Of a stretch of DNA of 64,000 bases, positions 32,432-39,998 are shown piece by piece (the first letter of the stretch is position 1; the number at the start of each line of letters is the position of its first letter). The translations under genes were made by a program, and so were the position numbers. Source of the stretch: Bacteroidaceae bacterium (GTDB lineage Bacteria; Bacteroidota; Bacteroidia; Bacteroidales; Bacteroidaceae); contig JAFQBF010000010.1 of the NCBI GenBank assembly GCA_017416735.1, positions 888 through 64,887 on the forward strand, given 5' to 3'. Under the pieces are notes generated by a model. It was given only the letters and a program-made list of their open reading frames with translations, was not told the origin of the DNA and ran no database searches.

Positions 32432-33450
32432 TTTACTTCAAAATTTGGATCAACGTATTTTTTGATATTTTCACGCATAGATTCAACTGTTTCCCATTCA
32501 GTATTGCTGTCAGAACTATAGTGGAATCCATCAGCTACAGGAACAGCATTATGATGTTTAATAAAATCTTCGCGTTGATGTTTAAATGATACAGAAGGCA
32601 TGATGACATAATAACGACCTAAGTCGATGGTATCCAAAGCATCTGTTACCGTAATCATTTCTTCGTGAAGTTTCTCACCTGGACGAATACCCACTTCTAC
32701 TTGTGGCAAGTTTGGTGCAATGGCTGTTGCAACATCCTTAATATGATAAGAAGGAATCTTTGGAATAAAAATTTCTCCACCGATATGATGACCGATTGCA
32801 TACATGACCATAGCAACACCCGCTTCTAATGAAATGTTGAAACGTGTCATACGCATATCGGTAATTGGAAGTTCTTTTGCACCATTATCTCTTTTATTTA
32901 TAAAGAATGGAATTACAGAACCACGTGAACCCATTACGTTACCATAGCGAACAACAGAGAAACGGATATTCTTTGAACCACTGATATTATTAGCTGCTGT
33001 AAAAAGCTTATCAGAAGTCAATTTGGTTGCACCATACAGATTGATAGGAGCACAAGCCTTATCTGTAGAAAGAGCAACAACATCTTGTACGCCTGTTGCC
33101 AATGCAGCTTTAATGACATTTTGTGCACCATGCACATTGGTCTTGATACATTCTTCAGGATTGTATTCTGCTGTATCTACTTGCTTGATAGCTGCAGCAT
33201 GGATGATTACATTGGCACCTTCACAAGCACGTGTTAAACGTTCCAAGTCGCGAACGTCGCCAATAAAAAAACGAAGTTGTGGATATAATCTTTCCGGATA
33301 CTTCTGTTTTAGTTCAAATTGCTTAAGTTCATCACGTGAATAAATGATGATTTTCTTAACTTGAGGATAATCCCTCAAAATGGTTTCTACAAATTTTTTA
33401 CCGAAAGAACCTGTTCCACCGGTAATCAAGACAACTTTGTTGTTTAGCAT
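32428..33450 (-). CDS. pseB: UDP-GlcNAc 4,6-dehydratase (inverting)
   Basis: ITGGTGSFG, SRDELKQ, AEYNPEECIKTN, STDKACAPINLYGATK, GIRPGEKLHEEMI. Confidence 0.95.
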   Translation of the reverse strand: MLNNKVVLITGGTGSFGKKFVETILRDYPQVKKIIIYSRDELKQFELKQKYPERLYPQLRFFIGDVRDLERLTRACEGANVIIHAAAIKQVDTAEYNPEECIKTNVHGAQNVIKAALATGVQDVVALSTDKACAPINLYGATKLTSDKLFTAANNISGSKNIRFSVVRYGNVMGSRGSVIPFFINKRDNGAKELPITDMRMTRFNISLEAGVAMVMYAIGHHIGGEIFIPKIPSYHIKDVATAIAPNLPQVEVGIRPGEKLHEEMITVTDALDTIDLGRYYVIMPSVSFKHQREDFIKHHNAVPVADGFHYSSDSNTEWETVESMRENIKKYVDPNFEVK

Positions 33451-33571
33451 ATAGTGATTAATTTATTATATTACAATTTATTGTAATCCTTTTCAAGACT
33501 TACCCCCACGAGAAAAGTAGCATAAGGTGTGGGGCAGTATCTTGAACAAATGAATTTTATAGTTCTATATC

Positions 33572-33621
33572 AAATGATAGTCTTTTATCAAATGATAGTT
33601 GATAAATGAGAAATGAGAGTT
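33572..33621. repeat. 7-bp periodic array
   Basis: aaatgatag...aaatgatagttgataaatgagaaatgagagtt. Confidence 0.75.
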
Positions 33622-33635
33622 ATGCGATGATGAAT

Positions 33636-33841
33636 TCAAAGTTCAGATTTCATCTTTTTTACAGTTTCCAATAATGGCTGTAAATCGTTTGTTATTACTC
33701 GGAATATTTCATCCTCATCTATCCGATGGTATTCATGTGCTATAATATTACGTAATCCCATTATGTCACTCCATGGAATTTCTTAGATATTGATTCTTCA
33801 ATCCTAGTCAATAATGAATATATCGTACGTTTCAAATTCAT
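33636..33841 (-). pseudogene. Internally deleted HepT-like (DUF86) HEPN toxin
   Basis: MNLKRTIYSLLTRIEESISK then out of frame EIPWSDIMGLRNIIAHEYHRID..FRVITNDLQPLLETVKKMKSEL*; the middle part present in 37916-38284 is missing. Confidence 0.82.
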
Positions 33842-34131
33842 ACTAATATTAAATCTTCATTAATGGATTCACCAAACAATGTGTTCTCCAATTGTTTACG
33901 AAAACGAACTAAATCAACTTCGCATCCAAACAAAGTTTCTAACTCTCGTTTCATCCGCGAACGTAGTAATATATTAGGCTCACCTTCATAAACAACGTCC
34001 ACATCACTTCCTTCATGCTGCTCGCCACGTGCTACGGAGCCAAACAGTCCAATTTTGGTTATTCCGTAAGACAAAGCTTTGGAATCTTTGAACTGCTTCA
34101 ATAATTGTAGATATTCGGCTGTTGTTTTCAT
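33838..34131 (-). CDS. MntA-like minimal nucleotidyltransferase antitoxin
   Basis: GSX10DXD motif (GSVARGEQHEGSDVD), 97 aa, upstream of the HEPN remnant. Confidence 0.9.
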   Translation of the reverse strand: MKTTAEYLQLLKQFKDSKALSYGITKIGLFGSVARGEQHEGSDVDVVYEGEPNILLRSRMKRELETLFGCEVDLVRFRKQLENTLFGESINEDLILV

Positions 34132-34333
34132 ATCTTGTCTCCTTTCTTGGGATATGTAACAATGTGAATGAGTTTCGGTTCAGATGCGAGGTGTGAGGGT
34201 CTAACTTCCCCTACCCTGCAAACGGGGAGTTTGCGGACAGTTGATGTGATTCTTAAGGATATAGTTCCCTGCATCTGCACCGTACAAGAGGATTCTTTCC
34301 TCACGGATTGGAATGATTTCTTCTATAACGGTG

Positions 34334-34365
34334 CAAAATTAGGAATTTTCGATGAAATGGGCAAA
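34334..34365 (-). promoter_or_regulatory. Bacteroides-type promoter reading into MNT-hepT'-pseB
   Basis: TTTG (34362-34365), 20 nt, TAATTTTG (34334-34341) on the minus strand. Confidence 0.65.
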
Positions 34366-34370
34366 CTTTT

Positions 34371-34419
34371 TGAGTTATAAGTTATCAAATGATAGTTGGC
34401 AAATGATAAATGATAGTTT
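34371..34419. repeat. 7-bp periodic array
   Basis: ttatcaaatgatagttggcaaatgataaatgatagtt. Confidence 0.7.
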
Positions 34420-34420
34420 T

Positions 34421-34708
34421 TTAGTGGATGTTACCAAGATCCTTCGTGAGTTCTTCTTTGAGAGATTCGAGGAGCGTTGACAGGAATTGGTCGGGTGGGA
34501 ATTTGTAACGGGGGTCTTGGGAGCGTCTGTAGAGCTCTTTCCAGGCGTCTAAGCAATAACTGAGTTTGACGTCCTTACCGTTTCAGACGGCAGTAGCTTT
34601 GTCACAGCACATACCGGTGGCACGTACTATCTCGTCACGGGTGACGTGGAGCTGCTTGCAGCTGTGCTGCATGAAGCGAGCAAGATGGGGGAATTTTTCT
34701 GTTTTCAT
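34421..34708 (-). pseudogene. Small HTH-like DNA-binding protein with in-frame TGA
   Basis: 288 nt: MKTEKFPHLARFMQHSCKQLHVTRDEIVRATGMCCDKATAV*NGKDVKLSYCLDAWKELY...LGNIH*; TGA at 34583-34585; TACTTTTG -7 box just upstream. Confidence 0.6.
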
Positions 34709-34745
34709 TGTTCTTTTGTTTAAAGTTTTTGCAAAAGTAATCAAT

Positions 34746-34776
34746 TAAATGATAAATGAGAGTTGATAAATGATAA
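34746..34776. repeat. 7-bp periodic array
   Basis: taaatgataaatgagagttgataaatgataa. Confidence 0.7.
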
Positions 34777-34878
34777 TTTTTGGTGGATGTTCTCGAGATC
34801 TGTTAAATGTGTTAATCTCGTCTTGGACGTGAAGACGGGCGGTATGGTGGTTTCGGGGCTTTTTTCTTTCTTCGTGGC

Positions 34879-35811
34879 ATGAAACCGTTGAAGAGTACCA
34901 TCCCTATCCGGGAATTGCAAACGCTGATTCGGCAGTGGAACAGAAGGGGCCTCAAGGAGGCTGCCTTGCAAAAGGTTCTGGAACTGTATTTAGGACTACC
35001 GAACTATATGAACAACCAAGGGAAATACCCCGTGTATAACTTTTACGACCTGGCCCGATTGCTGAGATTCCGAACGGCTGGCACGATGCTGGAGGCTGTA
35101 AAGCTGTCGGAATCCTTCGGTTGGGAGCCAGGTGACAACAAGCTGAACGTGGGGTGTTTCTACTCGCCGTTGTGGTGCGCAGATGGGGATACAACGCTCG
35201 CTCCCACTGCTGACACGACTGCTGATGTGACTGCAGATGTGACTGCAAATTTGCAGCAAGGAAGTAATATATATAATATTAATAATAATAACTATTCTCC
35301 TCCGGAGGCAAATCCTTCGGAAGAAGGTAGGAATTTCTTTCAGAAAATCAAGGAAAATACGATGGAAAGGGCAGAATATTTAGAACCGCTGATTACTTAT
35401 TTTCAACAACAGGAAGCGGGCGTGCCGCGCGAAGAGGCGTGCGCGGATGTGGTGTATTTAGTGAACGAACTGCTGATACCGCACTTCATCAAGCAGGAGA
35501 AGTTCATGAGGATGAAGCACAACGGGCGGTTGTCGTGGCTGAAGAACTTGCTGAAATCCGGACACGGAAGGGGGCTGATGCAGAAGGCGGCCGAGGCCGG
35601 ACGGCAACGGCGGGCACTGAAGAAACAACAGGCTCTGCAGGAGGTGAAGCTGCACAACCGGCCGCTATCGCCCTACGAATGGACGGACCCGGTGAGCGGT
35701 ACCCGCTTCTACGAGGATGCTGCAGAGGGACAGGTGACCATACCGGCGGATGCTCCGCCACGGCCTAATGACGGGGCGTTTTGGAATGTGATAAAAAAAT
35801 CGTGGACATAA
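34879..35811 (+). CDS. Hypothetical protein, candidate phage-type replication initiator
   Basis: 310 aa directly upstream of primase-helicase; central TADT/TADV repeats plus NIYNINNNNY linker, an architecture typical of initiators with an internal ori (inference). Confidence 0.55.
   Translation: MKPLKSTIPIRELQTLIRQWNRRGLKEAALQKVLELYLGLPNYMNNQGKYPVYNFYDLARLLRFRTAGTMLEAVKLSESFGWEPGDNKLNVGCFYSPLWCADGDTTLAPTADTTADVTADVTANLQQGSNIYNINNNNYSPPEANPSEEGRNFFQKIKENTMERAEYLEPLITYFQQQEAGVPREEACADVVYLVNELLIPHFIKQEKFMRMKHNGRLSWLKNLLKSGHGRGLMQKAAEAGRQRRALKKQQALQEVKLHNRPLSPYEWTDPVSGTRFYEDAAEGQVTIPADAPPRPNDGAFWNVIKKSWT
35206..35296. repeat. Four 12-bp direct repeats plus AT-rich tract (candidate ori)
   Basis: actgctgacacg/actgctgatgtg/actgcagatgtg/actgcaaatttg (35206-35253), then taatatatataatattaataataataactatt (35265-35296). 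Confidence 0.7.
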
Positions 35812-35815
35812 ATAA

Positions 35816-35901
35816 TGTCATCCAGACGACCGAAGGGAGGAAGGATCTCGTGTACGTAAACGTGGATGTTATCGAGATCCTTCGCTGCGCTCTGGATGAC
35901 A
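35816..35901. repeat. REP-like imperfect palindrome
   Basis: tgtcatccaga...gaaggatctcg-spacer-cgagatccttc...tctggatgaca; followed by a 7-bp array at 35901-35931. Confidence 0.8.
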
Positions 35902-35934
35902 CTATCATTTATCATTTCTCAATTATCATTTATT

Positions 35935-37896
35935 ATGGAAAAGAAAGCTTTTTATGTATTGAAGGACTTTGAGGAGAACTTGAAGGTTACGAGTGGAAAG
36001 AATTATGTGGCGAAGTGCCCGAAGTGTGGAAAATGGAACTTGTATATCTCGAAAACGACGGGGCTATACAACTGTTTTACAGGGGGGTGCGACTTTAAAG
36101 GGATTTTGCAGGACTTTCTGCCTGAAAGACCAACGACAGGTGCTACCCACACCGGGGAATTCTACCCGAAAAAGAAGAAGATACGCTTTGTGGCTGAAAC
36201 ATCGCGTGCCGAGAAGGATTCCGTTAAGATGATGCCTACGGACTACAAAAGATTAACTCCGGAGACCCTAACGAAAATCAAACGGGTGACGGAGGTAGCC
36301 GAGACGGCCGACTTAGATGAACAGGCGGCCCGCCATTACTTGAGCGCAATGGGTATCAGCCTGCAGACGGCGGCGTTGGCACGGGTGGGTTGCCTGACGA
36401 CCCGTTTCACCAATCCGGACAGTAAGGCGGAAAATGGAGAGACCCTGCACCTACGCAGCTTAGCGTATGTGAACTATGTCAATGGGCAGGCGGTGAACGT
36501 GAAGTACCGTTCGTGTGAGGTCTCACGCTCCACCCCCAAGGACAACGAAGGACGGACGGTCTTCATGAAGTACTGGAACCAGGACTCTCCCACCACGCCG
36601 TGTGCGCCGTATCACATCGACTGCATCAACCCGCTTCGGGTGGAGGAAGAAGTCATCGAACGGCTCATCATCACCGAAGGGGAAAAGGATGTGCTGAGCT
36701 TGTTAGAAGCGGGGTACCGGTACGTCATCAGTGTGCCGAATGGGGCATCGTGTGTACCGAGCAAGGCATTCGAGGCGTTCGAGGAGTGGTTAGCACCGGT
36801 AAACGATGTGGTGCTGTGCGGTGACACGGACTTGCCGGGACGCACGTTGGTGAAGAAGTTGGCGGATTACTTCGGGCCACGGAGCTTGACGGTACAACTG
36901 CCGGCCGACTGCAAGGACATCTCGGAAGTACTGGTGAGCTACGGGGTGGAAACGGTGCGGAGCATCATCGACGGCGCACAACCATTAGCGACGGACGACA
37001 TCATCACCGTGGAGGAACGGGCCGACCAGGTGATGGAGGTGCTGCAAGGCAGGTACGACAAGGGGTACGAGGTGGGATTCGGTCCGCTGACCGACCGGGT
37101 GTTCCATCCGACGGACTTGGGCGGACTGATTATCGTGACGGGGAAGCCGAACAGCGGGAAAACGGACTTCCTGAACGACCTGACTTGCCGGCTGATGATG
37201 AAAACGGGGCGGCACGTGTGCTATCTGTCGTTCGAAGTGCCGGACAAGAACAAGCACATTGCCCAATTAGTGCGGCTGGCGTTGGGACAGGTGAACACGG
37301 CGCGTTACACCCGGGAGGAGTTAGAACCGCTTATCCACTACCTGCATACGCACATGGTACATTTAGACATGCACGAGGTCTCTCCCACTCCGGCACATAT
37401 CTTAGAACGGGCGGACCGGGTGCGGCGTACGATGCCGATGGAGTATTTAGTGATTGACCCGTATCTGTTCATGGAGGTGGAAACGGGGCGTTACAGCAGC
37501 GAGACCCAGGCCATCAAAGCCATGCTGACGCAGGTACAGACCTGGGGACGGACGCATGGCGTGTGGGTGGTGATTGTGGCGCATCCGCGCAAGCTGATGA
37601 AGCTATGGGGCAGCAACGACACGGAGGACATTGATATGTACACCATTGCGGGCAGTGCGAACTGGGCGAACTTGGCAGACTTTATCCTGTCCATCACCCG
37701 TGTGGATGAGGAAGAGAAACGCTACACCCGCCTGGACATGCTGAAGGTGCGTGACCAGGACTTGTGCCGCAAGGGTACGGTGGTGTATGTGCGCCAGCCC
37801 TGCGGACGCTACGATGAACGCGAGTCGGTGGAGCAGGTACAGGCGGAAATGCAGGGGTTAGTGCTGGAGCGGGATTCTGCACCGTGGTTGAGATAA
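35935..37896 (+). CDS. Bifunctional DNA primase/helicase (T7 gp4/Twinkle-like)
   Basis: Zn finger CPKC...YNCFTGGC, NVKYR, TOPRIM ITEGEKD...SVPNGA...GDTDLPG...CKDISE, Walker A GKPNSGKT, LVIDPY, VAHPRK, IAGSANW. Confidence 0.92.
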   Translation: MEKKAFYVLKDFEENLKVTSGKNYVAKCPKCGKWNLYISKTTGLYNCFTGGCDFKGILQDFLPERPTTGATHTGEFYPKKKKIRFVAETSRAEKDSVKMMPTDYKRLTPETLTKIKRVTEVAETADLDEQAARHYLSAMGISLQTAALARVGCLTTRFTNPDSKAENGETLHLRSLAYVNYVNGQAVNVKYRSCEVSRSTPKDNEGRTVFMKYWNQDSPTTPCAPYHIDCINPLRVEEEVIERLIITEGEKDVLSLLEAGYRYVISVPNGASCVPSKAFEAFEEWLAPVNDVVLCGDTDLPGRTLVKKLADYFGPRSLTVQLPADCKDISEVLVSYGVETVRSIIDGAQPLATDDIITVEERADQVMEVLQGRYDKGYEVGFGPLTDRVFHPTDLGGLIIVTGKPNSGKTDFLNDLTCRLMMKTGRHVCYLSFEVPDKNKHIAQLVRLALGQVNTARYTREELEPLIHYLHTHMVHLDMHEVSPTPAHILERADRVRRTMPMEYLVIDPYLFMEVETGRYSSETQAIKAMLTQVQTWGRTHGVWVVIVAHPRKLMKLWGSNDTEDIDMYTIAGSANWANLADFILSITRVDEEEKRYTRLDMLKVRDQDLCRKGTVVYVRQPCGRYDERESVEQVQAEMQGLVLERDSAPWLR

Positions 37897-37915
37897 TGCA
37901 AATTTCTCTCGTCTG

Positions 37916-38284
37916 TTATAAATCCTTTATCATACGATTGATAACAGACGAGAGAACAGGAACATCTTCTTTGCAAATGTTAAAAATAATATCAGCATCC
38001 ACATCAAAATAATGATGGACGATATAATCACGTACACCCATCACATTCTTCCAAGGAATTTCTGCGTATTGGGATAATAGCTCATGATTCGTAATTTTAT
38101 CCAAATTTTTAATACTTTCTCCAATTGCAGATAGCTTCATACAAATACTATCCAGTAAAATCATTCCATTTTCTGATAATAGAAAATCATCTGGACTATT
38201 AATTTTATCACTTCTTCTTATAACTTCATGAAGTGATTTTTGAATCAATTCCAAAATATGAAGTGTCATCAACGATTTACACAT
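37916..38284 (-). CDS. HepT-like (DUF86) HEPN RNase toxin
   Basis: IGESIK, EIPWKNVMGVRDYIVHHYF (Rx4H-x-Y). Confidence 0.9.
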   Translation of the reverse strand: MCKSLMTLHILELIQKSLHEVIRRSDKINSPDDFLLSENGMILLDSICMKLSAIGESIKNLDKITNHELLSQYAEIPWKNVMGVRDYIVHHYFDVDADIIFNICKEDVPVLSSVINRMIKDL

Positions 38285-38570
38285 AAATAACCTCCTTCAT
38301 TATGTGATCTTTAAAAAATGAATCCATTTTTTCGCGTATCCGAACCACGTCAACAGAGCAACCAAATAATTCCTCCAGTTCCATTTTAATACCTCCTATG
38401 GCAAAAAGTCCTTTGGGAGTTCCTTCAAAACATACATCCACATCGCTTTCATCCCGTTGTTCACCACGTGCAACAGAACCAAACAGTCCTATTCGAGTGA
38501 TTCCATATTTCAATGCTTTAGAATCCTTGAACTGTTTCAATAATTGCAGATATTCGGAAGTTGATTTCAT
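38277..38570 (-). CDS. MntA-like minimal nucleotidyltransferase antitoxin
   Basis: GSVARGEQRDESDVD (GSX10DXD), overlaps the HEPN gene. Confidence 0.92.
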   Translation of the reverse strand: MKSTSEYLQLLKQFKDSKALKYGITRIGLFGSVARGEQRDESDVDVCFEGTPKGLFAIGGIKMELEELFGCSVDVVRIREKMDSFFKDHIMKEVIYV

Positions 38571-38672
38571 ATTTTATTCTTCTCATCTTCTAACGATACA
38601 AAAATAGGAATTTGTTTTTTGAAAAACAATTATTTTATGAAAAACATTCTTTATCATAAATAAACCGAACAT

Positions 38673-38882
38673 TTATGGTTCACCTAAGGCTTCGACGATA
38701 AGGCGGACTTGGGCCGGGGTGAAGCTGCGGGTAGCATCCGAGAAGCCAGCCCGATGAAGGGCATCCATCAGATTGGGGTACAGGTTGATCCACTGCATGA
38801 GCTTCTTGCGGGCTGCAGCCGTGGTGATGTGGGGACAATAGAGCTGGGCGAGTTCGCCTTTTCCGTAGGTTCTTATATTCAT
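38673..38882 (-). CDS. DUF4248 domain small DNA-binding protein
   Basis: IRTYGKGELAQLYCP...KLMQWI...FTPAQVRLIVEALGEP. Confidence 0.9.
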   Translation of the reverse strand: MNIRTYGKGELAQLYCPHITTAAARKKLMQWINLYPNLMDALHRAGFSDATRSFTPAQVRLIVEALGEP

Positions 38883-38930
38883 CTTTTAAATTAAAAATTA
38901 AAAGTTAAAAGTTTTTTTAGTGGGTGTTAT

Positions 38931-38965
38931 CGAGATCCTTCCTCCCTTCGGTCGTCTGGATGACA
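38931..38965. repeat. REP-like half element; perfect 35-bp inverted copy of 35816-35850
   Basis: cgagatccttcctcccttcggtcgtctggatgaca. Confidence 0.85.
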
Positions 38966-39274
38966 AGACCAAAGGTCATATGGATGACAACAATGTTCAA
39001 ATTTACAAATTTTTCACCTGATTACCAAGTATTTGCATCGTATTATCGCTCCTTATCGCGCATCATCTTTCCGTATCGGGAACGGTCGTGACGGAACGGG
39101 CTTTCCGTACTTGGGGATGTCGTATCTTTGTCTTGTCATCGGAAGCTTATAGAGCTTACTGCAGAAGCTTATAAAGGTTTTCGAGGAACGTTAGTAAGGT
39201 TATTGCGAAAGCTTTAGCACGTTGCTCAGGATGACACGATTATTTAATTTTTAACTTTTAATTCTTTAAAAAGT

Positions 39275-39772
39275 ATGATTGATTACAGTGTGGCTCCCAA
39301 GCCGAATCCACGTGACCGTGAAGCAGCTCCCAAGTATTATGGCACAGCACAATGCCAAGGTATCATTAACCTGAGCCAATTTGCCCAACACATTGCCACC
39401 CACGGATGTGTGTATAAGCGAGCGGACATTGCCGCCGTGCTGACGATGGCCGTGGATTGCCTGAAAGAGATGTTGCTGAACGGCTACAAGGTGGAACTGG
39501 GCGATATGGGGGCATTTTACATCAGTCTCTCCAGTGCAGGTACCGTAACCCCGAAGGATTATAACCCGATTCATCACGTGAAGGCCGTGAACGTGAACTG
39601 GGAACGAGGGGTCAACTTCCTGAACCTGAAGAAGGAAGCCGAGTTTAACCTCGTGACCATCCGTGCATACCAGAAGAAGATGTTGGCTGCCGTGAAGAAC
39701 GGGGAAACCGTGGTGAACCTCGTGGAGGAAGAAAAGGAGGAAGAAACCGGCGGTGAGGATTTGACTGCATGA
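39275..39772 (+). CDS. Bacteroidetes HU-family (histone-like) DNA-binding protein
   Basis: PKYYGTAQ, RADIAAVL, LLNGYKVELGDMGAFYISLSS; acidic Gly-containing tail. Confidence 0.9.
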   Translation: MIDYSVAPKPNPRDREAAPKYYGTAQCQGIINLSQFAQHIATHGCVYKRADIAAVLTMAVDCLKEMLLNGYKVELGDMGAFYISLSSAGTVTPKDYNPIHHVKAVNVNWERGVNFLNLKKEAEFNLVTIRAYQKKMLAAVKNGETVVNLVEEEKEEETGGEDLTA

Positions 39773-39781
39773 TTTTAAACT

Positions 39782-39875
39782 CACCACAGAGTACACAGAT
39801 GAACACAGATTTTTTAATAAGCCATCCGGATGGAATTAAATTTATAATCCGTGGAAATCTGTGTAATCTGTGGTG
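39782..39875. repeat. Inverted 9-bp periodic repeat (ACACAGAT)n/(ATCTGTG)n
   Basis: caccacagagtacacagatgaacacagat ... aatccgtggaaatctgtgtaatctgtggtg. Confidence 0.75.
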
Positions 39876-39890
39876 CAAAAAACATCAACT

Positions 39891-39998
39891 ATGGAAAAAG
39901 AAAACAGAACGATTTGGAGTAAGATTTTGAGAGTGGCAATTACGGTATTGACTGCCTTGGCTACTGCGCTGGGCGTACAAGCGTGTGGGGGATTATGA
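39891..39998 (+). CDS. 'Smalltalk'-type 35-aa membrane peptide
   Basis: MEKENRTIWSKILRVAITVLTALATALGVQACGGL*; ATGA-coupled to the amidase; absent from the ORF track (<60 aa). Confidence 0.82.
   Translation: MEKENRTIWSKILRVAITVLTALATALGVQACGGL

Noticed and set aside
34200-34300. Cobalamin riboswitch (AGGGAA, ACTGTCCGCAA fragments on the minus strand)
   Set aside because: No B12 box and wrong spacing; downstream genes are unrelated to B12.
34583-34585. Selenocysteine recoding of the in-frame TGA
   Set aside because: Not a redox-enzyme context and no convincing SECIS; a nonsense mutation is simpler.
35866-35934. N-terminal extensions in the ORF track (primase, aspS, rfbB, spt, trmM, porin, pstS)
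   Set aside because: The extensions run through repeats, promoters or terminators; downstream starts match family N-termini.
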